64,000 nt of DNA from Felis catus (Eukaryota): assembly GCF_018350175.1 (NCBI RefSeq), contig NC_058368.1:166224001-166288000 (forward strand), given 5' to 3'. The notes below the pieces were generated by a model. That model worked only from the letters and a program-made list of their open reading frames with translations. It was not told the origin of the DNA and did no database searches. The translations under genes were made by a program, and so were the position numbers. This document shows positions 39,231 to 53,989 of the stretch, piece by piece (the first letter of the stretch is position 1; every line of letters starts with the position of its first letter).

Positions 39231-39654
39231 TCTGATTTTATTACTGAGCTTTCCCTTAAGTTGACTGTGGCATTTCCTTCAACTCTAAAAAATAATTCCT
39301 TAAGGTAAGATAAAGATAATTTAAGATAGGTATACTTTATAGAATAATAAAAATGGGCTTGTCTAAATATAATTTAGGCATGAGCAGAATTGTTCTTGGT
39401 AATGTTTTTTAGAAAAGTCACACATTAGATTTAGTTAATTAAGCATGGTCATGGTCATACAACATAATTTAGTAAGCCTATTCTATTAAATGATTATGCA
39501 TGTATGTCTAGTTTGTCCCACTTTCCCACAGGTTTATTTTCCACGTCAAAGAATTATATTGAGCCAACAAAATATATTTCTCTTACCAGAACACTGACAT
39601 TATTGTCAATTAATAAGATTAGTAAAAATCTTTTTATATTTTAAACATGTTGTG

Positions 39655-39878
39655 GTTTTTTTTTTAATTTTTTTTCAACGTTTATTTATTTTTGGGACAG
39701 AGAGAGACAGAGCATGAACGGGGGAGGGGCAGAGAGAAAGGGAGACACAGAATCGGAAACAGGCTCCAGGCTCTGAGCCATCAGCCCAGAGCCCGACGCG
39801 GGGCTCGAACTCACAGACTGTGAGATCGTGACCTGGCTGAAGTCGGACGCTTAACCGACTGCACTACCCAGGCGCCCC
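39655..39878 (-). mobile_element. Young felid SINE (SINEC_Fc-type)
   Basis: TSD aaacatgttgtg at 39643-39654 and 39879-39890. Confidence 0.97.
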
Positions 39879-41726
39879 AAACATGTTGTGTTTTTTAAAG
39901 ATACACGAAAGAATAGAATTTCTGGTAAAGTATCTTAGTCATTATGCGAATTAAACTTCAGCTAGGAAAGTCAATTGCCTTTTATAATGTTCTATATATG
40001 TATGCAGGTGTATCATAGACAAAATAACAGTGAGATTTGAAGCAAAATAATAGCCTTGATGATAAAGTCTAATGAGAAAGTCATGGTGAGAAAAATATAT
40101 TAATCAGAAATGTTCCGTTTTTAATACTACGCTATGCTGTAAACCAAATTTATATTTTCTTTTTTTACCAGCTCACTTAGATCAGTGTTTCTCAAACTTT
40201 TGCAACTGAGGTCAACTTACTGTTCTTCAACATGAGATTGGAGCTCAATCCTATTGTAGGTAAATTTTGGTGATAGAAGAATAGTTCCAAACTAAAATGG
40301 ATAAAATATGTCCTGTTAATATGATAACGTTAATTAAACCAATAATTTAATATGTTAAGGAAGAATTCTATAGTTTACCCAATGAACTCTAAGGGATCTT
40401 TTTGAGACTTGGTAATTGACATATTGAACTTTTGTCCAGATTCTTTATCCAGTTTCTTTTCTATGTAATTATTTCTCTATAATTATTGAAAAGTTCCAAA
40501 TCACAGCTATAGGTTGGGGAATGGCAGCAAGTCCTTGGTGACTTCAGCATATGAATATAATATTTGGCATGGACTCAAAAATAAGGAAATGTTTATCCCT
40601 AAAAATATTTAATAATCATATGTATTATGCTATCATGATGTATTTATCAGATTTAAACTTTTAAATGTTGAGTATTTCAATTTGCAAGCCAGAGCCTAAT
40701 AAGACTTGAATCAATCTTTATTTATGTGTAAACAGTGAAAAGAGTATTCTGTACATTTAGATCTTTTTTTAAAAATGCACCTAATAATGCATCACCAATG
40801 TATAGTCTAAAAAAAGAAGAATGAGTCAAGTTTTTAGTTCTCAAATTGTTCCTATCAGAGTTAATGCTTTAAACAACTGAATTTTTATCCTCAATGTGAA
40901 ACCAAATGATTTTTATCTGGGAAACTGTAGGTTCTCACTACACAAAATATTAAATATATCCTTGATCATGCAATGTGGTAGATCACATGAAATAACTGGA
41001 ACTGATTTTTTGTGTGTATTATCAATGCCATCAATAAATATGTTGTGTCTTCTCTTAGTACCAAAATGCATGGGAACACTTTTCCCTTGGCAGTCAGGGT
41101 AATGATTTGGTACTGTTGATACAACTCTACTATTAAATAAATGATTTTTTCATAAACTCATTTTTTTTCCTGCAAAACAGTGCCATATTAGTAGGTTGAA
41201 TGATGCTTCTTTAGTTTTGAGCTATCGCCGGCCATCAGTGACAATACGTATCAATTTTGTACTGGAAAACATTGCATGATTATCCAATAAAACATAAACA
41301 CAAAACAATAATTTTAACAACAATCTCTGTACTTTGTTCTCAACTGGTGTGAAACCTTAATGAGTATTAACAACATTGTGTAATATATAGATAAATAGGA
41401 CAGAAACTGTGAATACATAGCTCATCTAATATATGTAATTTTAAAGATATACATTGTTTTCTCTTTTTATAATATTTTAGTTACTTATGTAGAACTATTT
41501 GTTTTGCATATTTCCTTTTCTCAGAACATGCAAATTTATATTCTGTATTTCCTGAGTTCAGTTTACTATTTGTATATTTTTCCATGTAATATTTAAAAAA
41601 TATGATGATTAATATTATCATTTCAGCATATTTTATATTTTAATGAATAATTTTAAAGTGATCTATTTATTTACTGGATTGAAACTACAAAATAATATTT
41701 TTAAAAGCTCAAAAGTTTAAGAAATG

Positions 41727-41945
41727 GAGGCGCCTGGGTGGCTCAGTCAGTTGAGCATCCGACTTCAGCTCAGGTCATGATCTCACAGTCTGTGAGTTTG
41801 AGCCCCACATCCAGCTCTGTGCTGACAGCTCAGAGCCTGGAGCTTACTTTGGATTCTGTGTGTGTGTGTGTCTCTCTCTCTGCCCCTCCCCTGCTCATGC
41901 TCTGTCTCTCTCTGTCTCAAAAATAAATAAAAACATAAAAAAAAA
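41727..41945 (+). mobile_element. Felid SINE
   Basis: TSD ttaagaaatg at 41717-41726 and 41946-41955. Confidence 0.95.
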
Positions 41946-44839
41946 TTAAGAAATGAAAATAATGGCAATGATAAATAACATCAACTTAAATAGCCTTTTA
42001 ATTGAATGCTAACCAAGACAAAATGGCCACTATATAATTTGTATTGCCACGTAAAACTTCTAAAAATGAATAACTAAGCATGTAGTAAAATTTCTATGAA
42101 AATCATTAATGTATCAAATTTGTGCAAGAAATACAAAAAGGTAGTATTTTTTTCTTAACTGATGTATATCTAAGTCAAGGTTTCGTCAGTAAGCTAGGAT
42201 AACACATGATTATTATTGTTATTGTAACAACGAATTATTACTGAGAATTACCTACACATTTTATACTTTCTTCAAGTTCTCCAAATACTCTCTACAACTT
42301 AATAAAAGCTACCATTAACTAACGTTTGAGATTTATTTCCATTTTTATTGTAAGTATTATAAGCATTTTTGTTTAATATTTTCAAAATTGGCTTGGCCAT
42401 AATACTTTCCTTCATGCTTTAGTTGTATTAAATGCAAGAGTCCATCAGAGTCTGTTCTGCTATATTACCAGTAGTGGAAATTGACAATATGCAAAAGCTT
42501 GTGTCACCAGTTTAAAATGTGTATCTTATTACGCTAAAATATTTCAGATATATAGAATACAAAATTTCAATATGCTTCACATTTTAGAAAATTGTAATGA
42601 TGTGGAATGATCTAGATACATTGGAAATGCATAACCCTAAAACACATAAATATGCTTCAATGAAACTTCTCTCATGTACATTTTCCACAAAGCTTACACT
42701 TTAGTTTTGTTTTTTAAGATTACTCTCTCATATACAACTGTATGGAAACAGACATTTGTATAATGGTAGGCATTAAGCCATAAATCTTCCAGGCATAAAC
42801 TTATTTTTCCTAAAATTCAATTCAGTAAATTGTCCTGAGTGAATAACATGAGCAAGGCTCAGTGTTAGGACATTCCCTACTCTTATGGCTTTTATGGTAT
42901 TATAGTCTCTATGGCGGCTTTCTCCCTACCTGAACAAATAGAGGACCAGGAGACATGCTTCACTCTTAAGGAAAGGTACTTGATACATCACAATGAGTTT
43001 GGTTTCCATAAAAGCATTTTGCCTAAGAAAAGTAAAGCAAAGTTCTTCCCATAACTCTCCACATAAATGAAATAGTAAAGTGAATAAAAGGTGCATCGTT
43101 TTAAAACTTTGAAATCTAGTGTGAAAGCTAAAATGTGGGCTGAAAGCTACTTGCTTTTCTGCATTTCTTTTGTAAAGTTAATAAAGTAAATTTTCCCCCG
43201 AAGACACAAAAGAAACCCAGAATCCTATTATTTTCTATAATTCAATATTCACATGCACTTGAAAAGTGAGACATAGTTGTAAATGCTCTCAGTTATCATT
43301 ATTTTGAGTTAGCAATTTACTTTGTATGTTTGGCATAGATTGTAGAAACAAGAGCATATATTCTTATCCCCATCTAGAAATATGATAAAGTGTGGATTAT
43401 TGGTTTAGCTCCCTGTACATAGTAAATCGGTTAAACACCAAGAAATAAGTCATAGTTAATTGTACTCGAGATATACTTGTTGAAGCAATTGAGTTAAAAT
43501 GCAACTGACATTTTTTCACTATGTGTGGTTGAAGTTCATGGACTACATCTAATAATAATTCTGCCCTTTCTTTGATTATAAGGTGAATTTCCAGCAAAAC
43601 AAAATCCTATCTATAATGATTAAAGGGACAATATCATTAGGTAACTTTGCCCCATTTCACTCCCAACATAAAAGAAACAGAGGAACTATTCTCTTTTTTT
43701 ACTTTCCACTCTAGCCAGATTCTCTTTGTATGATTTAGCATTACTAGACACCTATTTTTAAATTGTAGATCTCCCCATTTGACCTCAAAGTTCAAATACT
43801 ACTTTGTTCCTGTTTTTAATTTAACTCATTATTTTTTGACAAATTTTTCTGCTCTGTCAGGAGGTTGCCTTGACACTTTTTTTTCCTGCTTTGTTCAATT
43901 AGCTCAGAGCAGTCAATTTCCCAGTCATTCTTCCTATTCTGTAAGTGACTCTGGAAGATACTTGGATTAAGAACATTCATGTCTTTTATAATGGTGATTT
44001 CTTGCGCTGTATAGTATCAGTGTAAGTTTATGAGTGTTGTTATCCATTTAAAGCTATAAAATAGGTCCCTTTGAAAGATTTCTTTCTACTGCAATTGATG
44101 TTTCTCAGAAAGTACATTGAATGGATCTTTAAGGGAATTAGAACATTTGAGGTAGCAATGGCTTTTTCTTGTTGTGAAAGGGGATGATCCAGTATTGCCT
44201 CTATAAAACGTTCAGGGATTAAGTTTCTGTACAATTTCTACTCTTCATTTTTTATTTTTATACTAAAAGAGTCTTCTTGTTATTTCTCCCATACAAGGGG
44301 AGAAAAATAAAATGATTTGCCAAGTTGACAAAACTATCTCAGCATTCAGTTAGTGAGTTGGCTCCATTGTCAGAGGATTGCAGCAGGGAAGGCAGACGGG
44401 CTGAAGTCGTAACAGAATTAAAAAACATGTTGTTGCTTGAAGCACTGTGATGTTAATTTACTACTCAATAAATACAACAAGTTTCCACTGAGGCTTGCAA
44501 GCCTAGAGAGAGAAGCAATATGAAGGTACCTATGTGAACAGTTGCTTAGCTAATTATGAACAATGGCTGATTAGAGATGTGCAGGGTGATTCTTCTACCA
44601 AAGTTTTATTCCCCACACTTGTACCTCTGAGTCAAAATGTTGTTAGTGGTATAAAAACCCAATGATTTACAAGATAACTTCTGAATGTATAATATCCTCA
44701 AAATATGATTAGTGCCTATTAAAATGATAAATATATTACAATTTGACAGACGGGACTTTAATAAGCTGGGCTCTCATAGGATTTCTGATAGTCTGCTGTT
44801 TGTAGCTATGGATAAGACAAATCTCATGACACATTTCTC

Positions 44840-45345
44840 TTCCTAGAACTCTCCAGTGGCTTCATATGGCAACTGGAATAAATATAACAACTTACATTCT
44901 GTTTGGCAAGCTACTATGCATTTTGACTGATGCCTACATCTCTGATCTCTTTTCTTTCCTCTCTCCCCCTCAATCATTACATGCCCTTACCACTGGTCTT
45001 TATTGTGTCCCTTCAACATGCTTAGGTCTTTTACCCTGTGATTTCTTCATCTTGGATTGTTCCTCTACAACAGTTTCCCAAACTTGGCTTCTTCTTCCAG
45101 GTCTCCAGAGAGGCCTTCTGGAGACCACGATGACTAAAGCAACTCTTTTATATACTTCTTTCCCCATGTTAATTTTTTGTTACATTGCCCAGCTCTTTTA
45201 TTTTATAGCGCATAGCAATATCTAAACTTTCATTTGTTAACATTTTGATTTTTGGTATTCCCTTTACTGGAATGTAAGCTCTAAAACCTGGGGTTCTATC
45301 TTGTTATATAGTAGGCAGGCAAAAATATTTGTTCACATGTGATGA
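44840..45345 (+). mobile_element. L2 3' region
   Basis: 'aactctccagtggcttc', 'cagagaggccttct', 'ctggaatgtaagct', 'tagtaggcaggcaaaaatatttgtt'. Confidence 0.75.
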
Positions 45346-45759
45346 AAAATAATTAATGTATTAATTTATGTAATTATGAAAAGTCTTATATATACTTATG
45401 AAAATATCCACTATTAAAACTATTATTAAGGTGGAGAGAAGGAACATAGATAAGAATGCCAGCATAAATTTCATAAAAGTACTTCTAATCTCTTATTTAA
45501 TCTATTAGATAATATGTTTAAAACACTAGTATAATAATCTTAACTCTTAAATGTACTTTTGCGTTTCCTTTTTTAAAATTGTGTTACAAGTGACAAAATG
45601 AAAAGTGGTTTTGTTTGACAGTTTTTTGCAAGAGCTAGACATTTTATGTCTCAAAAATCAAATGTATTTGAATTTGAAATAAGTGCTTCTCATCACATTT
45701 AAAAGAAAAAAAAGGAATTGGAAAATGGGTACTTAATGACAATAATAACAAATACAAAT

Positions 45760-45970
45760 GCATCTGCTGAGCAATGTGATAGGCACTCACTATTCGACAT
45801 TCTTGGCACATATAAATTGAATTAATCATTACAGCAGTTATGAGATCAGTGTTCTGCTTCCTACTCCACAGTCTGGGAAACTGAGACATGTGAAATAACA
45901 TCCATTTGTAGAGGTAGTAAGTGTTAGAATTGGAATTTGAAGCTATACAGGCTTGCCTCAGAGCGTAAAA
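45760..45970 (-). mobile_element. MIR
   Basis: 'gggaaactgagacatgtgaaataacatcc...gtaagtgttagaattggaatttgaa'. Confidence 0.65.
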
Positions 45971-45984
45971 ACCTGAATGAGAAT

Positions 45985-45989
<5 letters not shown>

Positions 45990-46038
<49 letters not shown>
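45990..46038. repeat. (GA)n microsatellite
   Basis: Direct reading. Confidence 0.95.
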
Positions 46039-46600
46039 AAGCATTCCCCATTTCCCTTCTAGGAGAAAAATACTAAAAAACAAAAAAACCCTCTGCATAA
46101 TTTACAGACACTTAAATCCTAAAATCTCTATCTGTTTAATCAAAGTGCATAATATTTGCAATCAAGTCAAAAGCAAAACAGCTTCCTTCTGAAAAGTAGA
46201 ATTTAAACTTAGAACCATACCCAGCTTCTCCTCTATTGATGGTATATTTGGCAAGCAGGTAAGATAGTTTTCCTTTCTATAAGCCTTGTGAGTCTTTGCC
46301 ACTTGTTGCACTTATGTTTATTTAGATAAACCTGCTAAGTTAGAATCCTACATAAACAAATAATAGATGAATATCTATAATTAATAAATCACTGATGGGT
46401 CATGCACTTTTTGCCACCTCATCAATTGTATAGCAAATAGAATTCAAATGCATATTCCCTCTGAATATTTTCCCTGTCATGGGACTGAGAATTAAGTTTA
46501 TCAATATAATTTTCTCTTCATGTAATCATTAAAGATTTTATTTTACAGCATGTATTTCTTAATCCATAATTTACATGGCCACATAACCACATAAAACATG

Positions 46601-46607
46601 GTGTGTT

Positions 46608-46646
<39 letters not shown>

Positions 46647-46648
46647 GT
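46601..46648. repeat. (TG)n microsatellite
   Basis: Direct reading. Confidence 0.9.
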
Positions 46649-47514
46649 CTATTTCCTGTCCCCACAGGGCTGTGAAAGCCACAATATATACATTAGTAAA
46701 TAGGAATGTAACCACATCACAAGTAATTTCCATTCTCCTATAATTCACTATGCCCTATGTTTATTAAATTTATTTAAATTTATTTAATAGAAGTTTCTCA
46801 TTGATCTCTTAATATGACTCCTACTTTCTTAAGAAACTGCCTAAAAAGACAAGACCCTACTCTATGTTAATTTCTTTAAATTAAGCATAAAAGTTCATGT
46901 GTTAAATGAATAGTGATGACATTACTTCTGTTAAAAAATTAACAGAAGGAGAATAAATTACAGATAAATGTGTAAATATCTGAATATCAAGAAAGGAGAA
47001 TATAAAAGTTTGCCAAAAGCACATAATTTGGGTATTAATTGTAATAGACATAGACTAATAAAAATCAGATACATTTTGTTTTCCTTATTTATTATTCTTT
47101 ATATTTATATTCCTAGGTATCCTGCTGGCTGGTATATTTAACATCATGAGTATAATTGTATTCTATAGATCATATCTCCATTAAGGCCAACTAATTTGAA
47201 AATATGAGCTTTGGCTTGTCTTACATGCCTAATCAGTCAATAGAACTTACCTTTCTGTTCAACTTTAAGTGGGAAGAGAGGGGGGCAAGTAGGGAGGCAA
47301 TAAAGTCCAAGAACAGGGGTTTCTTTCGGCTCTGTTGGTAACAATGTCTGAACACCTGCTAGTATAAAATCTCAGCACTGATCCCAATAACAGTGGATTT
47401 ATACTCTAGTCTGAACAAATCTGACAAGTCAAGGTAAAAATAACAACATGGAATCAAGACAAGTAATGATTTTTAAAATTGTATAATCATTTTGAAAAAA
47501 AAAAATGATTATCT

Positions 47515-48115
47515 TAGTCTTTCTTAGGTTTGTTTCTTAGAAGCTGAGCTGGAGCCAGGACTTCTAACCTGTGATATATTCAGAGAATGTGCTCCAGGAA
47601 AGGAATTATTCCTATAAGGAATAAGGGAAGCAATATAGTGAAGGAGAAAGAGCTGAGCAACACTGTGGACCCATAGAAGGCCTATTCTTGTTCTGAGCCA
47701 AAGAAGGGGATGCCTTTCGAGCCAAGATCACATCCAAGAAGTGTCCTGATTTTCCTCTTTGGACCATTCCACCTTAGAAAGGCAAAGTGATCCCGGTAAG
47801 GCAGCTCCCTTAAGCCTAGTAGCCCTGACCAGCGCCATCAGCATCTTGAGGAACTTGTTAGAAATGTAAACTCTCATTCCTCACTCCAGATCTGGGAATG
47901 GAATGGGACTCAGTAATCTGTGTTTTGCATCCCTTCCAGAATATTCTGATACACCCTAAAGGTTGAGAACCTGTGGCCTGAATGAATTCCTTGATAATTT
48001 TGCAGGAAAAAGAAAGCTATTTTGGACCAGTAGTAGCTGAACTCACAGCAGCGATGGGATGGATTTACTTATCTGGTGAAAGGGATCTACATGAGGTACT
48101 AGGAACATCCACGAA
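47515..48115 (-). mobile_element. Old MaLR-like LTR remnant interrupted by MER5A
   Basis: 'tagaagctgagctggagccaggacttc...gtgatatattcagagaatgtgctccagga'. Confidence 0.5.
47812..47976. mobile_element. MER5A-like hAT MITE
   Basis: 'ccagcgccatcagcatcttgaggaacttgttagaaatgtaaactctca...aatctgtgtttt...aaggttgagaacc'. Confidence 0.85.
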
Positions 48116-50164
48116 ACTTTCTTCATACTGTTATCCATTTTTTTTATTATTACAGGCAAGGGATATTTGGGGAAGTAAGGATGAAGGCAAGAAAATAGAG
48201 CTTTCAGAGTAAGAATTATATCATCAATAAGTTATATCAACTATATGACATCTATATCAGTCATTATTTATTACCCTGTTGTCTTTCTAAAAAAATTTTA
48301 AAATATTTAACTGTTGAATTAGCCACTGGAGGAAACACATACAACATTCAGTGATCACAGTGAAACATCCTGAAATTGAGAAGGAATAAATAATTAAAAA
48401 CCAATTTTAGAGATAGATAAAGATCAACAGAAAGGCAGTCTCCAGCCAAGACTATACTTTATACATGCATGCCCACACTAGGCATCATACAATTGTAACA
48501 ATTTATGACCTTATATAATGGGCTTAAAGATCATAACTCTTAAATGGGCCATATTCTCCTTGAAACCAATACATATTTTTTTTACTAGCTGAAGGAAGAA
48601 AAGAGACAGAGAGACAGAGAGACAGAGAGAGAGGAGAAATGAGTTTATCCTAGCCAGTAAATTTCCTTACACAATAAGCAGGATGGACCTATTACCTTGT
48701 TAATTTTCTTGAGTGCTACAATATAATTAGTGGTCCGTAATAAAACTTAAAAAATTGGATATTGTTCTGGAAGATTTAAGATACAGCAAAACAAAGCAAA
48801 GAAATGTGTGTTTTCCCATTCTGAAGCATCTTCATACATGTTTCCTGCTCATTTCAGGTAATTACCTTTTCCCCCATACCACTGTCATTTGTTAATTCCG
48901 ATAGTTATCTAATTCAGGTCTGTGTTCTAGCAATAGTTCCACATGGAAGACATATCTAACCTTCCAGACAAAGACAAATCTTTTAATGCATGTGCCCATT
49001 GCACTATGGATCACTCATCTGCTACATATTTTTCTGCTGGAATTGTAAAATCCATTTGTATGACTATTTTATTAACCATGTTGTCTACTAGACTCTGAGC
49101 TCCAGATTGACAAATATGATTCTTTTTTGGTCCATTATTGTATCTCTAGCATGGTCAGACTTAAGTTTATATATAATGAATGTGAAATTAAAGGTAAAAA
49201 ATGAATAAACATTTCAAATATTAAAAAGGTGACACATAATAGAACACCACATACACACACAAAGTCTAGGCAAACTTTTGACCCTATGTATTTAAAATCA
49301 TGTTTATCTGCTACTGCCCACATGCATACAGTGCCATCAAATATGTTCAAATGAATATATGGCCCCTGACGCTACATTTTTGTAGCATGAATTGTGGATA
49401 GTTGATACAGGTAGGGAGGAGTCTTCTTGGGAGTGATTCTTGTACAAGGACAGCTAGCAAGAACTTAACTGTGTATGGAAAGGACAGTGAATCACTCCAA
49501 CTTCTGCTGTAGTTAGATCCCAATGTATATCCGACCAAGCCAATGCCATCCATCAGGAGAAGTATGATAGAAAATTACAGTGGGAAAGAGACAGCATTTA
49601 CTGAGTGGAAATCAGAATGGAAAAAAAAACCACCAGGCTTACCTGAAAATTTTACAAAACTGATATGGCCAAGTGAACCCATTGCTGGACCCCTTCTGAG
49701 AGACTTGGATAATGTCTTGGACAGGTGAGGGGCCTCAAGCAGGTTAGAGGCCTACAGATTTAAATTTCTTTATCTTCCCGAAAAATCTGCTTCTTATCAA
49801 CAGCTTCAAGCAAAGTGTCCATTCTCCTGGCTGTCAATAAATATTGGCTAAATAAAAGTCAAATGATCACAGTATCTTTGCCCCATTCCCTTCCTAAAAC
49901 ACCAGTTTAAAAAAACAGACAGTGTTTAAACATTAAAATTGAACTGAGAGCAATTAATATTTGCAGACTGTGGTGTTTCCTAATAGAGGTTTTACTAGTA
50001 GGTGGTTTTGTAGTCTAATGACTCATGCAAACATAGAGATAGATAAGTCTGGAAAATAAAAGATTTATTTCTCCCAAAAAAGTATTCAAGAATTCCAAGA
50101 GACTTGTGCTGTCTCCTTTTGACAAAACAGAAAATGATGTAATTAGTTTTAAAAACAGAATCAT

Positions 50165-50382
50165 GGGGGCATGTGTGTGGCTCAGTCAGTTTAGCATCTG
50201 ACTTTGGTTCAGGTCATGATCTCACAGTTCGTGAGTTCAAGCCCTACATGGAGCTTTTTGCTATCAGCAATTTGATCAGCAATCAGCCCGCTTCAGATCC
50301 TCTGTCTCCCTCTCTCTCTGCCTCTCTCCCATTCATGCCCTTCCTCTCTCTCTTAAAAAGAAATAAACACTAAAACATAAAA
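50165..50382 (+). mobile_element. CAN-SINE
   Basis: gggggcatgtgtgtggctcagtcag head, CT tract. Partial TSD taaaaacag. Confidence 0.92.
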
Positions 50383-50904
50383 ATAAAAACAGTTTTTGCC
50401 TCATAAAGCTTATTTTATCATTCTGTAAGAATTTCTCCTTTATTTCACATGACACATTTCATATTTTTACACTTCTCATATGTTAAAACTTGAAAACCAC
50501 TCCAATATATCGTTACCTGTTATTTACAAAAACATGAACCCAGCATCCATAAAGACATTCCTATTGCTAATGTTCAAGAACATTTGACCTAGGGTCTATT
50601 TTAAAAACTTCCCAATAACAGACTCATTTAAATCAGGTTTCTGAGGGGGGGGAATAAAGAAAGTAAATTTGGGGAAATGATTTCTCACAGATCTCTCATG
50701 TTTGTACATGTATTGTGAGTGCTTTTGTTCCAGACTTTTTTTTTCAAGGATCTTTGTATAGCAAGTAACCTTGGAAGATATAGTGTCTCTCTCCAAAACA
50801 AAGCGCAGACATGTTTGGTGTCAATTATAAAAGATTCAGTCTCTGAGAGCAGTGTTCTTCTATGATAATACAACTCACTGGATGTGGAAGTATAGGGTGA
50901 TCTG

Positions 50905-51035
50905 GTTTACACTGTCCTGTGGAAATCAGGCTCTGACCCAAGAGACTCGTGTTCTCTACCAACATCCATGAAACTGTGGCAAGCTAACTTGTTCAGGTGC
51001 TTCATAGTTCCTGACAGCAAATAAAAACCAAATTT
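50905..51035 (-). mobile_element. MIR fragment
   Basis: 'ggaaatcaggctctgacccaagagactcgtgttc...gtggcaagctaactt...gcttcatagttcct'. Confidence 0.45.
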
Positions 51036-52536
51036 CAAACAAGGGGATGGTGGATAGGATATATGCCTAAACCTCAACAACCTACTTGTCTTCTGTAATT
51101 CGATTTCCATTGAATATAAGGAATAGGGGCCAAATGGTGGATAATCCTTGGCAAGAACATGATGAGTTCTTAAGGATCTGAATGCATTGTTTCTAGAACA
51201 TTAGGGAGCATCATAGAATCTCATTAGGTCATGAGATTTGCAAAGCCAACTAAGAGTGAAAATAATTTCCAAGATAAAATATATAAACTTTATTGAGAAG
51301 ACTGCACTGATTCAATGAAGAACTTAAATCAGAAACTAATTGTTTCATCCTCTCTTATGTGTATCTTTCACTTGATCAGAAAAACCTCTGATATTTCATC
51401 GTAATCACGTTGTTATGAGCTCGAGGGAAAGGGGAAGAAACTAGCAGAGACGTTTTACTTGTAGTACTTAACAGGCCCCAAACTCAATATATATCAATGC
51501 ACACAGACATGCACATAACACATACATGGACATGTGCACACAGAGAAGATGGAATTAGTCATTATAAACTTCTAGCCAGCCTGTTTGACTTCCCTTGATA
51601 ATCAAAGTAATCATCTTCATTCTGAAGCAGAAGGTAATGAACAAAAGTAAACTTTACCATAAACCCATGGGAACTTACTTATTTTTTTAAATTCCATGTT
51701 GCTACCTCCCACTCTCACCACTGCGACAACCAGTATACAGGTAAACCAGTACTATTCCACAGCTCAAAGTACAGGCAACAGCTAAAATACTTTTCGATGT
51801 GTGCTTGCTGGTTACTGTGGTAACAATATTATCATATGCTCTAACAACAGGCATTTGGGACTATTTGTCATGACAGACTGATAGTCTTACAGAAATTATT
51901 ACATCATCTTAGAAACTTATCTTGAGGTAGGAACTCTCAATAAGCCAAGGAGCTGATTTGTCCTCTGACCAGCAGATTCCTGGCCACTCAGTCCATTTCT
52001 TGGCTTCATTCTGGCATAGACATGCCAGCTTACTATAAAGAAGCCCCTAGGCAGGAAAAGATAAGATACACAGACTATCTGCTGGTGCCATCATATGCTG
52101 GACCCCATCTTTGATAGCAAGTGTATTCTTGACTGAAAAGCATTTTTTCATTAAAAGCAATCGATACCCTTCTTTTTAGGTGGCAGTTGTTTGAGATGGT
52201 TACTGCTGCATTTTGCCAAACTGTAAGAGGACAGGAAACCTAGCTTGCTGGAGAGGGAAAAGAGCATGTAAAATATTAACAGCTAGGCTTATTCACTTAG
52301 CAAACAGACTAAATAAGATGCCTATTCTAGGGGAAAAAAGGTTGTCCATACAAACCATAATAATAAATATAATATGCTTGTCTGTCCTTGACTTCTATAC
52401 AGATATGTCTCCTCAAGAACACATGGAAGGTAGAAACGTCTCTTTCCTAATTCATTATCTGTAATCTGGTCATTTTATTATTAATCTCCTACCTTCAGAT
52501 ATACTACTTACTATCACTATAAAGAAAAAGATATGA

Positions 52537-52935
52537 TTATGTTAAGTGAAATAAGTCAGAGAAAGACAGATATCATATGTTTTCACTCATACATGGAACT
52601 TGAAAACTTAACACAAGACTATGAGGGAAGGGAAGGGGAAAATAGTTTCAAACAGAGAGGGAGGGGGGCAAACCATAAGAGACTCTTAAATACAGAGAAC
52701 AAACTGAGGGTTTAAGGGGGTGTGGGCAAGGGAGAAAGGAAAATGGGTGATGGGCACTGAGGAGGGCACCTGTTGGGATGAGTATTGGGTGTTATATGTA
52801 AGTGATGAATCACGGGAATCTACCCCTGTAACCAAGAACACACTGTATACACTGTATGTTAGCTAACTTGACAATAAATTATGTTAAAAAAAATGAAAAG
52901 CTTAAAAAAAACAGATGTAAAAAAGAAAAAAAAAG
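52537..52935 (+). mobile_element. 5'-truncated felid L1 (3' UTR plus A tail)
   Basis: 'ttatgttaagtgaaataagtcaga...gagactcttaaatacagagaacaaactgaggg...agctaacttgacaataaatt'. TSD aagatatga at 52528-52536 and 52936-52944. Confidence 0.93.
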
Positions 52936-53671
52936 AAGATATGAGAGAGTCAAATGAGAAAATGTAAGGAAGTTACTCAGTAATTCTTCTTACCATCTTG
53001 ATTTTCTGGACATTCCCTTCAGAGACCAAACAAATGATATATTAGATTTCTTTCTTCCTACTTTATTAGTTAGAAGAAACATCCATGTACATGTCCCCCA
53101 AGAAATGCCATAGAGGCCTTTAGACTGAGGAATGTAACTGAGTCTGTATATTCAATAACAGCAAAGTAATATCAATCTTCTCTTTTTTGAACGAATAGTT
53201 TGCAATTTGAGGACACTAGGAACTAAATCATTCCCAACTGAGACCTTCATCTTGAGCAGAAATAATTCCATCAGGACATTTACTCTCAATTTGTCACTTG
53301 AACTAGAAAAGATTTAAAATCCCTTTCAAATGCTAGGATTGGATGAATCTATACACCCTTTAAGAAATAGCAGATTGTCTGTGACTTAGAACAAGATGAG
53401 TTTCCACCTCTTTATAGGCAACTGTCAATTACCAATGATAATGGGGGGAGGGGAGAGATAGGATAAATAAATCTAAAAAGAAATTAATCAAAAATACTTT
53501 GTTGCCAAATAGATATTTTTGATTCTGTTATTTTAGGTTTTTAGCACATATTTATTTTCCCATTTGTAGTTCCTTAGAGCAATATTAAAATCAATTTATA
53601 TTTTCTGAGCACATTTTCTAAGTTGGATAGGTAAAATAGCCTGGTATTTAAGTAGGTGAGCAAAATTCAAT

Positions 53672-53865
53672 AGTTGGTATTTCTCAAAGTAAATTCCATG
53701 AAATCTGTACATTTAAATCATTTTGGGGGGCTTAATAAAAATGTAGTCTCAAAGGCATTATCTCAGAAATTCCTACTACCTTCTCTGAAACTGTGGATCC
53801 AGAATTTTTATTTTAACACACTATCCAGCTGATTCTTACACTTGCTAAACTTTGGCAACCTGTGT
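53672..53865. mobile_element. MER5-like hAT MITE
   Basis: 'tatttctcaaagt...ttttaacaca...gctgattcttacacttgctaaactttggcaacc'. Confidence 0.7.
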
Positions 53866-53989
53866 GGTCCCATAATGCACAATCAATGTCATTTACTTCT
53901 AAAAATTAGATTGTATCATTGTTAAAATATTAACAAGTTTTAGAATTATACTCTGAACATGTCTCAACTAAATTCAGTAATTTCCTCTT

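Noticed and set aside
47483..47512. 11-bp inverted repeat ataatcatttt/aaaatgattat
   Set aside because: AT-rich and short; expected by chance.
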